Assembly (NCBI GenBank): GCA_963771075.1
Contig: CAVYSE010000018.1
Coordinates: forward strand, 160,001 to 224,000
Origin: a candidate division FCPU426 bacterium
Lineage (GTDB): Bacteria; Oederibacteriota; Muellerivitia; Muellerivitales; Muellerivitaceae
DNA length: 64,000 bases
Direction of reading: 5' to 3'
Positions 41,753-52,616 of the stretch are shown here, in pieces; the stretch's first letter is position 1, and the number at the start of each line of letters is the position of its first letter. Position numbers and translations under genes: made by a program. The notes under the pieces are model-generated. The model saw only the letters and a list, made by a program, of their open reading frames with translations, did no database searches and was not told where the DNA came from.

Positions 41753-42711
41753 GGGATCAGGACGATCTTCCCATAGGCGCCCGGGGCCATTACGTCCAGA
41801 TGCGCCTGGGGCGCGGCGGAAAGGGGCAGTTCCTTGCCCACCACGGGTTTGAGGGAACCCTCGGTCAAGCCCCGGACCAGGTCCTCGTGGATTTCCCTCA
41901 GTTCCTCCTCGGTGGCATTGGCGAGGGTCATGCCTAATATGGACGCGTCCCGCGTCATGGTTTCCCGGGGGTTGATCTCCACCGGGCCCCGGCTTCCGAT
42001 GACCACCACCCGCCCGAATTTGGAGAGGTAGGCGAGGTCCTTGCCCAAATTGACGTTGGCCAACATTTCCAAAATGACCTGAACGCCTTTTCCGGCGGTC
42101 AGGCGGGAAAGTTTCTGAGATATTTCCGGATCATGGTGGTTCAGGACGTGGTGGGCGCCCGACGACTTGGCCAGCTCCAGGCCCCGTTCCGTGCCCGCGG
42201 TGCCGATGACCGTCAAGCCGGCGCGTCGGCCCAATTGGACCGCGGCGGTGCCCACCCCCCCGCTGGCCCCGTGGATCAGCAGGGTTTCACCGGGTTTAGC
42301 CCGGGCTTTCGCGAACAGGGACTGGTGGGCGGTGCCGTAGGGCACCCCCAGTGCCGCGCCCTGGGAAAAAGTTATTTTTTCAGGAAGGGGATGGACATTG
42401 GATTCCATGACCAATGCCCATTCGGCGTAGGAGCCGGTCAAGGCCCGGTTGAAGTAAACACGCTCGCCGGGCGTGAATTTCGAGGCGCCCTCCCCGGTGG
42501 ATTCCACAAGCCCCGCTCCGTCGGACCCTGGCGTATAGGGAAGGGAAGGTTTGGATGGATAGTTCCCGGTGTGGATGTAAGTGTCCACCGGGTTGACGCC
42601 GGCGGCCTTCACCCGGACCCATACCTGGCCCAGGCCGGGTTTCAAGTCGTCGGTGTCCTGGATCTTCATGACTTCGGGTCCGCCGAAATCCTGCACACGG
42701 ATGGCTTTCAT
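41749..42711 (-). CDS. NADPH:quinone reductase (zeta-crystallin/MDR family)
   Basis: AAGVNPVD, PYTPG.D, IHGASGGVG and GKIVL motifs. Confidence 0.92.
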   Translation of the reverse strand: MKAIRVQDFGGPEVMKIQDTDDLKPGLGQVWVRVKAAGVNPVDTYIHTGNYPSKPSLPYTPGSDGAGLVESTGEGASKFTPGERVYFNRALTGSYAEWALVMESNVHPLPEKITFSQGAALGVPYGTAHQSLFAKARAKPGETLLIHGASGGVGTAAVQLGRRAGLTVIGTAGTERGLELAKSSGAHHVLNHHDPEISQKLSRLTAGKGVQVILEMLANVNLGKDLAYLSKFGRVVVIGSRGPVEINPRETMTRDASILGMTLANATEEELREIHEDLVRGLTEGSLKPVVGKELPLSAAPQAHLDVMAPGAYGKIVLIP

Positions 42712-42778
42712 GAAGGCTCCTTGGGATTTTGGTTAGTCATGATAGTGAGGGGTGACCCGGGTCTCAAGGCTCGGCCGC

Positions 42779-42967
42779 TCAATTCAAACCGAGGGGCTGG
42801 GTCTGGAAGTAGCGGTCGAAATATCGGGGGACGGTCCTGCCTGGGGACCTATCGGATTGCGTGTTCACCCCGCCTTTCCATTCCCGAAGTAGGGCCTTTA
42901 GTTCGATGGGGGCGGTGGCTTCAAAATCCTCCCTCGTAGATTGTTCCTTCGTTTGGATCTCGTTCAT
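42779..42967 (-). CDS. Small hypothetical protein
   Basis: 62-aa ORF with AGGGGGA RBS; no recognisable motif. Confidence 0.35.
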   Translation of the reverse strand: MNEIQTKEQSTREDFEATAPIELKALLREWKGGVNTQSDRSPGRTVPRYFDRYFQTQPLGLN

Positions 42968-43204
42968 ATTTTCCCCCTTTTGGAAGCTGAGACGGTTCGG
43001 GTTGGGAATCAGTACTTTTGCCCTTGGGGAAACCTAAGAATCCAACTGACAAATATCAACGGATCGTAAAAAGGGGGTATTCATAAGGAATAATAAGGCG
43101 ATTTGAACGAATTAATGGCTGCAACTTTTTAAATGGGATGTTCGTCTTATTTAACGGGAAGTAAAAGATCCCAAATTCAAATTGAAGTCACTTGGAGGAC
43201 TCAA

Positions 43205-43423
43205 ATGAAAAAGTTCATGGTTGCTTTGATGGCAGTGTTGTTCCTCGGCAGCACCGGCATGGTTTTCGCCGATGATGCGCCGGCCGCCGCTACTACGCCC
43301 GTTGCTAAGACGATGAAGGCGAAGAAGCACGTCAAGAAAATGAAGAAAGCGAAGAAAGAAGCCGCTGCCGCTGCCGCTCCCGCTGCTCCTGCCGCCGCTT
43401 CGACGACTCCTGCCGCGAAGTAA
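43205..43423 (+). CDS. Small exported Ala/Lys-rich protein
   Basis: GGAGG RBS, signal peptide ending VFA, low-complexity mature part, followed by a terminator. Confidence 0.8.
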   Translation: MKKFMVALMAVLFLGSTGMVFADDAPAAATTPVAKTMKAKKHVKKMKKAKKEAAAAAAPAAPAAASTTPAAK

Positions 43424-43438
43424 GCTTTTCCGTACAGC

Positions 43439-43499
43439 GGGGAAGGCCCGGAAGGGCCTTCCCCAAGCCTCCGCCCCTTCGGGGAGCGGGGGCTTTTTT
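43439..43499 (+). terminator. Double hairpin ending in a Rho-independent terminator
   Basis: ggggaaggccc-ggaa-gggccttcccc, then aagcctccgc..ttcg..gcggggggc plus T tract. Confidence 0.85.
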
Positions 43500-43825
43500 A
43501 TTTTCAGATACCTTCCTTTGAATTTATCCAAATCTATGTTTCGATGAACAACCCACGATAAAAATTATATTTTCGTTAAGTATAAAATTTCCCGGAGCAA
43601 GATAACGATTTTAGTAAGAGCGCCTATTCAATGATTTGATTTTATGAAAGGTTTTCTCCCTCCGATTTTTGGAAACGTTTTCAAATCTTCATCGTTTCTA
43701 TACGCCATCTTTACTGCATCTTTACCGGATTAAAAAATATTAAACGGTAATCTTAATTCAGACGAGACGCTTCCTTTTCCACCTAACTTTTCCGAAATCG
43801 ATTACAAACGACTCGAGGTTGTTGA

Positions 43826-46800
43826 ATGGCAGTTATTGGTAATCTCACGCGGGTCGTTCATCCGCTCATTTCCGATTTAATAAAGGAAGCCTTTAAACGC
43901 TCGTGCCTGGTTGTTTTCGTTTTTTTGTTTGCCCTCTTCATTCCATCCCTCTCGAGAGCGCAGGTTTGGCCGAACGGTTGTTTTACCAGCGGCACCGCCG
44001 ATTGGACGTCGGTCGCCAACGCTGGCCCCACCGCTACCGCGGGGGGCGCGGCTGTCCAGGGCGGCGCCCCCGCCAATGGGGACTGCATGCCGCAGATCCT
44101 TCCCGTGAGCAATACCACCGTCTATCCGGGTCAAGCGGCGGCAGGCACGGCCCCCAACACCGCGGGGCGGCTTCCCATGGTCCCCGCCGGACAGACCACG
44201 GCCATCCAGCTCTTTTCAGGCCATGGGGATTCCGGGCCCGGGGACTGGGCTCGGGTTTGCCAGACGGCGACCGTTCCCACCGACGGGAATACCTGCCTGA
44301 CCTTCGACTTGGCCGCCGTCATCGAGAATTATCATTATGAACAAGCCGTTTTATGCGGCGGGAACGATCAAAACGGCGACGCGTTCCTGGAGGTTCGGGT
44401 CCTCCTGGGGACGGCCAATTGTCCCGACCAGCCTTCCCCCCTCCCGGTCCTGGACGATATCGTCATCAACTGGACCTATCTGGTGGGAAGCGGGTTGATC
44501 CAGTATTCAGGTGTGGTGGGAAACAACGCGGGGTCTTTCGGGGCCGCGACGGGATGCGTCATCAACCCCGCGGCACAAAATTGCGGGGCGAACGCCCCGG
44601 TGAGTTGGGGGTTTTTGCCCTGGACCCAATATTCCATGAACCTTTGTAAATACGCCGGGCAAAACATCACCCTGGAGGTCACCCAATATGACTGCAACGA
44701 GGGGGGCCACTACGGCTGGGGTTATTTCGACTGCCCGACCTGGACTTCCTGCGCGCCCGCTTCCATCACCTTGACCAAATCCAACAACCCCACCGGCCAG
44801 GTCAGCGAGGGCCAAACCATTACCTATACCCTCAGCTACAAGAACAACAGCACGAGTTATACGGATGGGGTGGTGATCTACGATAGCATCCCCACGGGGA
44901 CGGGCTATGTTTCGGGGTCCCAGGCCAGTTCGCCCTATATGCCGGAAACTTTCACCATGCCCGCCGCCATTGGCCGGGGCGGCGGCTCCGTTTCGTTGGT
45001 GGGTTGGGACATCGGCTACTTGAGCGCAGGTGCCTCCGGGACCCTTTCCTTTGAGGTGACCGTAGGGGCCTTGCCTGTGGGTGCCTGCGAGGAAGTTCTG
45101 GTGAACCGGGCCTCGGAGACCGATTTGCTCACCTGCTATTTAACCCAGGGACTCCTGACCTCCAATGCCGTCACTAATATCGTTGGGTCCACCTGCACCC
45201 CGACACCCTCGGTTACACCCACGCCCACCAAGACGCCCACCAAAACCCCCACCCCTACCCTCACGCCGACCAATACTCCCACGCCCACCCCCACCCGTAC
45301 CCCGACCAACACCCCGACGAATACTCCTACACCGACCCCCACCCAAACTCCAACCAATACCCCAACACCTACCCCAACGAACACCCCTACGCCTACCCCA
45401 ACGCCGACCAACACACCTACGAATACTCCCACTCCGACTCCGACCATTACGCCGACCATTACTCCTACGATGACACCCACTTCCACGCCAACTAATACTC
45501 CAACGACGACCCCGACGAACACCCTCACAAATACCCCGACCCCGACAAATACGCCTACGTCCACCCCCACTCCCACCCCCACCCATACACCGACGAATAC
45601 TCCCACAACCACCCCCACCCTCACGCCTACCAACACCCCGACGAACACCCCCACTCAAACCCCCACCAATACTCCAACGAATACGCCCACCCCCACACCC
45701 TCGAATACTCCCACGCCTACGCCCACTTATACCCCCACGAATACACCCACGAATACGATGACTCCAACCTCCACGCCGACCCCGACCGTGACCTATACCT
45801 ATACCCTAACGCCCACCTTCACTTGGACGCCCGTTTTTACTACCACTCCCACACCCAGTCCGACCGTGACTTCTACAAATACTTTTACCTCTACCTGGAC
45901 CGCTACGAACACCGATACCGTCACCCCGACCTCGACCCCTTCCCCGACCCCGACCGTGACCTGGACTTCAACTTATACAAATACCCCGACCCATACCCTC
46001 ACTTCGACATTGACCTGGACCTCTACGATGACCCCTTCTTCCACCTTTACTCCCACCCCCACCCCGACCCTCACCTCCACCCTCACTCCCTCGAATACTT
46101 TCACAACGACCCCCTCTTGGACTTTGACGGAAACATTCACCTTCACGGCTACGGCCACTTCCACGAATACGCCCACAATCACCTGGACATCATCTTTCAC
46201 GTCCACCCCAACCCATAGTCCAACCTCGACTTCCACTTGGACACCGACCGTGACCTATACCGCTACACCCACCCTTACCGCGACCCACACTCCGACCTTG
46301 ACCTGGACCCAAACCCCGACGAATACCTTGACGATCACTTGGACCCACACTTCAACACCCACGCCTACTTTCACTGCCACCTCGACGAATACCCCCACGG
46401 CCACGACGACCTGGACGCCGACGATGACCGCCACGGGGACTTCGACTTCAACCGGCACGGCCAGCCCGACGGTCACCCCGACCTCGACCCCGACCGCCAC
46501 TTCCACGGGCACCTTTACCCTGACCCCGACCATCACCCTCACGCCCCTCACTCTTTTCTCCAAGCAGGCTTCCACCTCCCTGGCCACCTCGGGGAATACG
46601 GTCAATTTCCAGTTGAACCTGGTTCTTCCGGTGGCCTTGCCCGCCGGGGCCGTCATCACGGACCAGCTTCCCGCCGACGTGACCTTTTCCGCTTTCTTGC
46701 AAAGCCCCTCCGGCACGGCCGCCGCCCAGTCGGGTTCGAACCTCACCTGGACCCTGCCCGATCTTGTCCCGGGTACCTACGCCCTGAACTACTCGGTGGT

Positions 46801-47809
46801 CCTGAAGAACTTCCTTCCCAATGGGGAAAAACTGGTCAACCAGGCGCAAATCCAATCCCCTTCGCTCCCGCCGCTCTCGACCGCCGCCACCGTTATGGTC
46901 AATGGGCAGTACTCCATCCAGTTGGGTGTTTATAACGAGGCGGGGGAATTGATTTACAGCTTCCCGGCCACCCAGATGACCCAGGCCGTCCCGTCGCTCC
47001 AGGCCCCCGCCACGCTCATCCAGGTCATCGGGGATACGGTGAAGATCTACACCGACGGGGTACTCCTGGGCCAATGGAGCGGCACCACGAATTCGGGGAC
47101 ACCGGCCACCAACGGCACCTACTTCATCCAGGCGACCAGTGTCGCCAACCAGGGTTCGGTACGGTCCACCGCGCTTCCGGTGGAGGTGGACTGGTCCTTT
47201 TCGACGGTCTCGGTGCAGGTATTCAATGAGGCGGGGGAGGTGGTCCGAAACATCTACACCACCTTGACGGCCCCGGTGAGCGCGCAAATGTCGTCCGTGG
47301 TCCTGTCCAACAGCTCCTTGAACCCCTACTCGGGCTCCCCCCAAACCGACCAGACGGTCCTCACCGTCACCGATACCCGGGGTGGCGCCGTGAGCCTCGC
47401 CTGGGACGGGAGGTCCGATAACGGCTCGGTGGTGACGGCAGGGCAGTACCTCCTCTCCGTGCGTTGGACGAACGGGACGGGTGGCGAACAGGTCATCACC
47501 AAGGTCCTCACCGTCATGGATAACGGCGGCCCCTCCGGGCTCATCGCGGCCCGCCCGAATATCCTCAAGGGGGAGGGCGCCAGCACCCTTTTCGTTTCGA
47601 GCCAGCCGGGTTTGAACGTCCATGTCCAGGTTTACGACCTGGCCGGGGAACTGGTCTACGCGGCCACCGGCGGCCCCGGAACGAGCGAGGCGGGGTGGAC
47701 GCCGGGCCGGCTGACGGCCAGCGGGTATTACCTGGCGGTGGTGGAATTGACCGACGGTTCCGGGAACCGGATCGGGCGCCAGACCCTGAAGCTGGCCGTG
47801 GTTCATTAA
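43826..47809 (+). CDS. Giant exoprotein: Cys-rich N-domain, DUF11-like domains, very long Thr/Pro stalk, three tandem FlgD-Ig/CTD-like domains
   Basis: Signal ending SRA-Q; LTKS...ITYTLSY.N; three V(Y/F)(N/D).AGE(L/V) ... W ... G.Y units. Confidence 0.85.
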   Translation: MAVIGNLTRVVHPLISDLIKEAFKRSCLVVFVFLFALFIPSLSRAQVWPNGCFTSGTADWTSVANAGPTATAGGAAVQGGAPANGDCMPQILPVSNTTVYPGQAAAGTAPNTAGRLPMVPAGQTTAIQLFSGHGDSGPGDWARVCQTATVPTDGNTCLTFDLAAVIENYHYEQAVLCGGNDQNGDAFLEVRVLLGTANCPDQPSPLPVLDDIVINWTYLVGSGLIQYSGVVGNNAGSFGAATGCVINPAAQNCGANAPVSWGFLPWTQYSMNLCKYAGQNITLEVTQYDCNEGGHYGWGYFDCPTWTSCAPASITLTKSNNPTGQVSEGQTITYTLSYKNNSTSYTDGVVIYDSIPTGTGYVSGSQASSPYMPETFTMPAAIGRGGGSVSLVGWDIGYLSAGASGTLSFEVTVGALPVGACEEVLVNRASETDLLTCYLTQGLLTSNAVTNIVGSTCTPTPSVTPTPTKTPTKTPTPTLTPTNTPTPTPTRTPTNTPTNTPTPTPTQTPTNTPTPTPTNTPTPTPTPTNTPTNTPTPTPTITPTITPTMTPTSTPTNTPTTTPTNTLTNTPTPTNTPTSTPTPTPTHTPTNTPTTTPTLTPTNTPTNTPTQTPTNTPTNTPTPTPSNTPTPTPTYTPTNTPTNTMTPTSTPTPTVTYTYTLTPTFTWTPVFTTTPTPSPTVTSTNTFTSTWTATNTDTVTPTSTPSPTPTVTWTSTYTNTPTHTLTSTLTWTSTMTPSSTFTPTPTPTLTSTLTPSNTFTTTPSWTLTETFTFTATATSTNTPTITWTSSFTSTPTHSPTSTSTWTPTVTYTATPTLTATHTPTLTWTQTPTNTLTITWTHTSTPTPTFTATSTNTPTATTTWTPTMTATGTSTSTGTASPTVTPTSTPTATSTGTFTLTPTITLTPLTLFSKQASTSLATSGNTVNFQLNLVLPVALPAGAVITDQLPADVTFSAFLQSPSGTAAAQSGSNLTWTLPDLVPGTYALNYSVVLKNFLPNGEKLVNQAQIQSPSLPPLSTAATVMVNGQYSIQLGVYNEAGELIYSFPATQMTQAVPSLQAPATLIQVIGDTVKIYTDGVLLGQWSGTTNSGTPATNGTYFIQATSVANQGSVRSTALPVEVDWSFSTVSVQVFNEAGEVVRNIYTTLTAPVSAQMSSVVLSNSSLNPYSGSPQTDQTVLTVTDTRGGAVSLAWDGRSDNGSVVTAGQYLLSVRWTNGTGGEQVITKVLTVMDNGGPSGLIAARPNILKGEGASTLFVSSQPGLNVHVQVYDLAGELVYAATGGPGTSEAGWTPGRLTASGYYLAVVELTDGSGNRIGRQTLKLAVVH
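45195..46550 (+). repeat. Coding low-complexity (TP/TN/TS)n stalk
   Basis: About 450 codons with Thr at alternate positions. Confidence 0.9.
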
Positions 47810-47831
47810 AGTGATCGTCGAAGGAGCCGGT

Positions 47832-47996
47832 ATGGAAAACCAAATGGGACAAAGTGGGGACGGCTCCAGAACCGATCTGGGCTTGGACAAACTCTACGAG
47901 GAACTTGTCTATTCCGTCGCCAAGGAAATCGAGTTGGAACGCCAAAAAATCTCGATGAATCCCCTCGAGCAGAAGGGTCTTTTACCACCTTCCTGA
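47832..47996 (+). CDS. Small hypothetical protein
   Basis: AAGGAG RBS, 54 aa, helical acidic core. Confidence 0.4.
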   Translation: MENQMGQSGDGSRTDLGLDKLYEELVYSVAKEIELERQKISMNPLEQKGLLPPS

Positions 47997-48229
47997 TTTT
48001 TCGTGAAGGTTCGTTGTTCCAAGGAAAAAACTGAATTTCGGCCTTCCCTATTCCCTGAAACCCCTTTTATCCCTTCATTTGGTCCGAATCAAAGAAAATC
48101 CATTCTCCGGGGAAGGCAAAGGTTATACCGATTCTTTACTGGAACGGGTGCGAGTCTCCTGTGAATCTATGAGGCCGTATTTATAATGCGGTCTGAGATA
48201 TCGAAATCCGCGGTTATGGGGTTTGAGCG

Positions 48230-49384
48230 ATGAGAGTTTTGCCGAGTGATCCGCCGATAGGGTTGGCTGGGAAATTCGTTGGTTTTCTGGGGATGGTTTG
48301 GGCCACCGCGTCCCTGTGCCTGGGCCAATGTCCCGATAACCCGATATTCACCCCCACTTCCTGGAGCGATCATAACGGAAGCGCCACCTCCGGCTCCCCC
48401 TACACGGTGGTGGGTCAGGGGTCGAATAGTGCCGGGCAATTCTCCGAAAGCGGTTACGCCGATTTGACGACCGGGGTGGGAAACGGCCAGATCCTGGCCG
48501 AAGTGGTGGCCATCACGGGAACGATGTCCACGGGTTCGGCCGCCGGCATTTTCATCCGCAGTGATGTCACTCCCGGTTCGGACGGCCCCCTGCTGTGGAT
48601 CGACGGGCCGCTCAGCCAGTTTTACCAATTCGACGCCCGGATCAACGACGGGGGCCTCACCGAAATTCAATCCGGTTCCTGCGTCCTCCCCTATTGGCTC
48701 CGGCTCCAGAACTCGGGTAATGTTTTTTATCCCTCGGTCTCCACCAACGGGTCCAGTTGGGCCGCCTTGCCGGCCCTGGATTTGAGTTCCGATCCCCGCT
48801 TTTCCGCCGGCACCACCCTCGCCTACGGATTGTTTGCCTGGAGCGGAAGCAACTCAGGCTCCACCACCGCTGTTTTCGACAACCTCTGCTTCAACGACTC
48901 TTTCACCCCCTATCCCACCCTAACCCCAGCCATGACCCCCACTTCGACTCTCACGCCCAACACGACCCCCACCCCATCCCCCACCCCGACTGTTTCCCCA
49001 AGCTTGACCCCCACGATGACGGGGTCTCCTCTTTTAACCGCCACCTGGACCCCATCCCCCACCCTGACCGACACCCCTCTAACCTCCAACTATCCCACGC
49101 CAACCCCCACCCCGGGCCTCAAGGTCTGGCCCAACCCCTTCACCCCCCAGCTGCCTTCCAACAACACGGCCCATTTTTCCCTCCCTTCCTCCCACGGATC
49201 CGGCAGCGTCCTGATCGCCGATTTGTGGAGAAGACAGGTTCGGTCCGTTCATTTCCAGGCGGGGGTGGATGTCCAATGGGATGGGAGGGACAACAACGGA
49301 AATATCGTCACCTCGGGGGTTTACCTCTACCTGCTTGAATCCGATGGCGGGGTGAGCCGGGGAACCGTTACAGTAATGCGATGA
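48230..49384 (+). CDS. Exoprotein with lectin/DUF1349-like domain, Thr/Pro linker and CTD
   Basis: AGIFIR...PYWLRL...S.NGSSW; tail VWPNPFTP...WDGRDNNG..V.SGVYLY. Confidence 0.8.
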   Translation: MRVLPSDPPIGLAGKFVGFLGMVWATASLCLGQCPDNPIFTPTSWSDHNGSATSGSPYTVVGQGSNSAGQFSESGYADLTTGVGNGQILAEVVAITGTMSTGSAAGIFIRSDVTPGSDGPLLWIDGPLSQFYQFDARINDGGLTEIQSGSCVLPYWLRLQNSGNVFYPSVSTNGSSWAALPALDLSSDPRFSAGTTLAYGLFAWSGSNSGSTTAVFDNLCFNDSFTPYPTLTPAMTPTSTLTPNTTPTPSPTPTVSPSLTPTMTGSPLLTATWTPSPTLTDTPLTSNYPTPTPTPGLKVWPNPFTPQLPSNNTAHFSLPSSHGSGSVLIADLWRRQVRSVHFQAGVDVQWDGRDNNGNIVTSGVYLYLLESDGGVSRGTVTVMR

Positions 49385-51194
49385 ATCAAAAGCCGATATA
49401 TAAAAACAGGGTCGATCCCCACCTATCGACGAGTCTTTGCGTTTTAATGATGGCTTTGAGCCCTCTCGTTTCGGCGCAATCGGCATTTTTAGATTTCAGC
49501 ACTCCCGCCCGGGAAGCCGCCCTGGGGGGAACGGGGTGGCCCTTCCCGAGGGCACTTCCAGCCTGGCTTTCAACCCGGCTGGACTGGGGGATGACGCCAT
49601 TTTCAAGGTCTCCGCCCGGTACGAAAACCTTTTTTCAGGGATCGGCGGGGATGACCTCTCCACAGGGAACCTGTCGGCGGTCTTTCCCCTGGAAACCGGG
49701 GACGGCCTGGGTTTTTCCCTGGACCATTTCGGATCGAATAATCTGGAGCAAGACCGTTTGCAGGCGGCCTTCGGGAAAAGTTTCGGGTCCGATTCACCTT
49801 TAAAGCCCCTGAAGTTGGGAATCCAATTGTCCTACCTGCGCGAGCAGTTCACCCTCTCGGCCCCCCTGGCCGGTATCAACCCCGGTAATCTTTCCTCCGG
49901 AGCTTTCTCCGTGGGGGCCGGGGCCCTCCTCGAGGCATTTACCTGGGCGACCCTGGGGATTTCCGCCGAGAACCTGAACCAGCCCAACCTGGGGGTCGTT
50001 GGAGTGGATGAGGTGCCCCTCTTTTTGCGCTACGGCGTCGCGGCGCGTCCCCCCGTGGGATCGGACCGGCTTTCCCTTACCTTCGCCCAATCCCTCAGCC
50101 AAGGGAACCTGGACAGCCAGGGGGGCGCCGAGTGGGTTTTCACCGATTGGGGGGTGGCCCTGCGGGTGGGGGGCGACGCCAACATGGGCGTGGTGGGGTT
50201 CGGCTGGGAAAACGACGGATTGTCCATCGATTACGCCTATCAATTTTCCTGGAACCAGGCCCCCTCCCTGGGCGGGGTGGGATTGCCGGAAAGCCACCTC
50301 TTGGAAGTGGGTTTCGCCTGGGAAAATCCCCCGAAGGGGGAGGACCGGCTGTTCGCCAAGCTGGTTTCCCAGGCCCAGCGGGCCCAGGGGGATCAGAGGT
50401 GGAAGGAGGCCTACTGGGATTACCAGGAGGCCAGCCTCCTGAAACCCGCCGATCCCTTGGTCATCCAGGAGCGCGCCACGGCCTTGAAACAATACAATCT
50501 CCAACGCGCGGATTCTTTTTACCAGGCGGGGAAGCAAGCCGAGGGTCAGGGCTATTTCGTCGAGGCCCAGCGCAATTACGAGTGGGCGGTTTCCCTGGCC
50601 CCGGCCATGCGCTCCTACGCCGAGGCGAGGGACCGGGTGAAAAAGGCCATCACCCAGGGAGCCCTGGGCGACCCCAAGGTGCGGGACCTGCTGGAAAAAG
50701 CGGTGGCTTTGGTGAAATTGAACGACGCCAGGGACGCGATGAAAAAAATCAAGGAAGCCCTGGCCCTCTATCCCGGGGACGCCTTTCTCCAATTCGTGGA
50801 AAGGGCCTTCACACCCAAGGCCGCCACAGCGACCGAGAAGGAGGACAAAAAGCTCCAGCAATTGGCGGCTGAAGCCGAGATTTTCCGGGGCAAGGGCCGC
50901 ATCGACTTGGCCCGGGAGGCCTGGCAGGAAATGCTCAAGAAGGACCCGGCCAACTCCCTGGCCAAGGAAAACCTCTCGCAAACCGAGGCGGGCGGTTCGG
51001 CCCCGGTCCTGACCGAGGCCCAGAAAAACCAGGTTCAGGGCCTGCTTCAAAGCGGAGTCAAGGCCTACGCCGATGGGGATACGGAGTCGGCCGTGAGGGA
51101 TTGGGAGGAGGCGCTCCAGGTCGACCCTCAAAACGTGAACGCCTTGAACAACCTGACGCGCGTCAAGATGGAAGAGGGGGAGGGCAAGAAATGA
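49381..51194 (+). CDS. PorV/PorP-like barrel plus TPR protein, frameshifted in the G-run at 49524-49529
   Basis: Frame 1 gives signal peptide + AREAALGG; frame 2 continues NGVAL...FNPAGL, NLNQPN, IDYAY and TPRs. ATGA overlaps on both sides. Confidence 0.75.
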
Positions 51195-52591
51195 GGCTCA
51201 CGACCCGTTTTTCCCTCAGCCATAGCCTGGTGGTCGTGGTGGCGCTGACCGTGAGCTTCTTCCTGGTCTATGGGGGGGCGCGGCTGCTTTACCTTCGGCA
51301 GGCGAGGGTTTCTCAAAGCCAGGAACTTTCCGATTTCGTCCTGGCCGCCCGGGAATCCCTGATCCAGCACGAGGATGTGGCGGTGTTGAATTTCATGAAG
51401 TCCGCGATCCGCCACCCGACCCTGGCCTATGTGGCCTTTACCAACCCCACCACCGGCACCTCGGTGGTCCTGCCTCCCGAATACCAAAAGGAAACATTCA
51501 CGGCTCCTGAAGCCGGGAAGGAATCCCCCCTCCGGCTGAAACGCAGGGGACTGGAAGTGCAGGAATGGGCGGACTCTATCCCCTTGGGGGGAGGGGGGAT
51601 GGGACGGGTATGGCTGGGCTATTCACTGCCGGCCATGGAAAAGGACCTGAGGGATCAGACCTCCCGGTGGATGAATTTGGAGATGGAAGCGGGGGCGGCC
51701 GCGCTTTTAGCGGGGTTGTTGGTGTCCCTGATCCTGGGCCGGCAAATGGCGGCGCCCTTGAAAAAGATCCGGGAAGGCACGCACCTGGTGCGGGAAGGCC
51801 GGTTGGGATCGCTAGTGGAGGTGAAAAGGCGGGATGAGATCGGGGATCTGGCGAGGGATTTCAACGCCATGGTGCGCCAGCTCAAGGAACTGGACGAGAT
51901 GAAACGGGATTTCATGGCGGGCGTCACCCATGACCTGGGCACGCCCCTGCACGCCATCCGCAGCGCCATCAACTACCTCCAGGCCGGGGACGCCGGGCCC
52001 CTGACGGAAAAACAATCCGAGTACCTGCTGATGGTCTCCAACAGCACCGCCCACCTGACCGCCTTCATCAACAACCTCCTGACCACCGCCCGCATCGAAG
52101 CCGCCAAGGTGGACCCCTACCCGGAACCGGTGGACGTCTTCGCCCATGTGAAGGAACTGGTGGACCTCTACCAGTCCCAGGCTGCCGAGAACGGGGTCCA
52201 ATTGACGCTGGTCAAGAAGACCCATTACATCTCACTCGTCGCGGATGTGACCATGTTCCGCCAAATCGTCCTGAACCTGCTGTCCAACGCGGTCAAGTTC
52301 ACCCCGAAAGGGGAAGTGGAGGTGATTCTCGCGGAGGAAGAGGGGAACTTCATCCTGCAAGTCAAGGATACGGGCATCGGCATCGATGCCACCCAGCAAA
52401 AGCTGATCTTCGACAAGTTTTATCGGGTCCACCAGCCGCCGGGGATGCCCGCCCGGCAGGGAAGCGGCCTGGGCCTGACCATCGTCAAGGGCCTGGCCGA
52501 GGCGCACGGCGGCCGGGTGGAAGTCAGAAGCGAATTAGGGAAGGGCAGTGATTTCAAGGTGATCCTGCCCAAGCAACCGGGGCGGGCCTGA
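51191..52591 (+). CDS. HAMP-domain sensor histidine kinase
   Basis: Two TM helices; DEIGDLA..FN.M, THDLGTPL, NLLSNAVKFT, DTGIG and GSGLGL. Confidence 0.93.
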   Translation: MRLTTRFSLSHSLVVVVALTVSFFLVYGGARLLYLRQARVSQSQELSDFVLAARESLIQHEDVAVLNFMKSAIRHPTLAYVAFTNPTTGTSVVLPPEYQKETFTAPEAGKESPLRLKRRGLEVQEWADSIPLGGGGMGRVWLGYSLPAMEKDLRDQTSRWMNLEMEAGAAALLAGLLVSLILGRQMAAPLKKIREGTHLVREGRLGSLVEVKRRDEIGDLARDFNAMVRQLKELDEMKRDFMAGVTHDLGTPLHAIRSAINYLQAGDAGPLTEKQSEYLLMVSNSTAHLTAFINNLLTTARIEAAKVDPYPEPVDVFAHVKELVDLYQSQAAENGVQLTLVKKTHYISLVADVTMFRQIVLNLLSNAVKFTPKGEVEVILAEEEGNFILQVKDTGIGIDATQQKLIFDKFYRVHQPPGMPARQGSGLGLTIVKGLAEAHGGRVEVRSELGKGSDFKVILPKQPGRA

Positions 52592-52616
52592 CCCGCCCTT
52601 CAATGAAGAAGGAGAT

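Noticed and set aside
43500..43825. Riboswitch in the AT-rich leader of the giant exoprotein
   Set aside because: No recognisable aptamer consensus by eye; an Rfam scan would be needed.
45136..45658. Val/Gly- and Arg/Gly-rich minus-strand ORFs
   Set aside because: Mirror of the Thr/Pro codon repeats.
46448..47890. Long antisense ORFs (also 13277-14203, 49800-51131, 53645-54988)
   Set aside because: Shadow frames of GC-rich genes with clear family motifs on the opposite strand.
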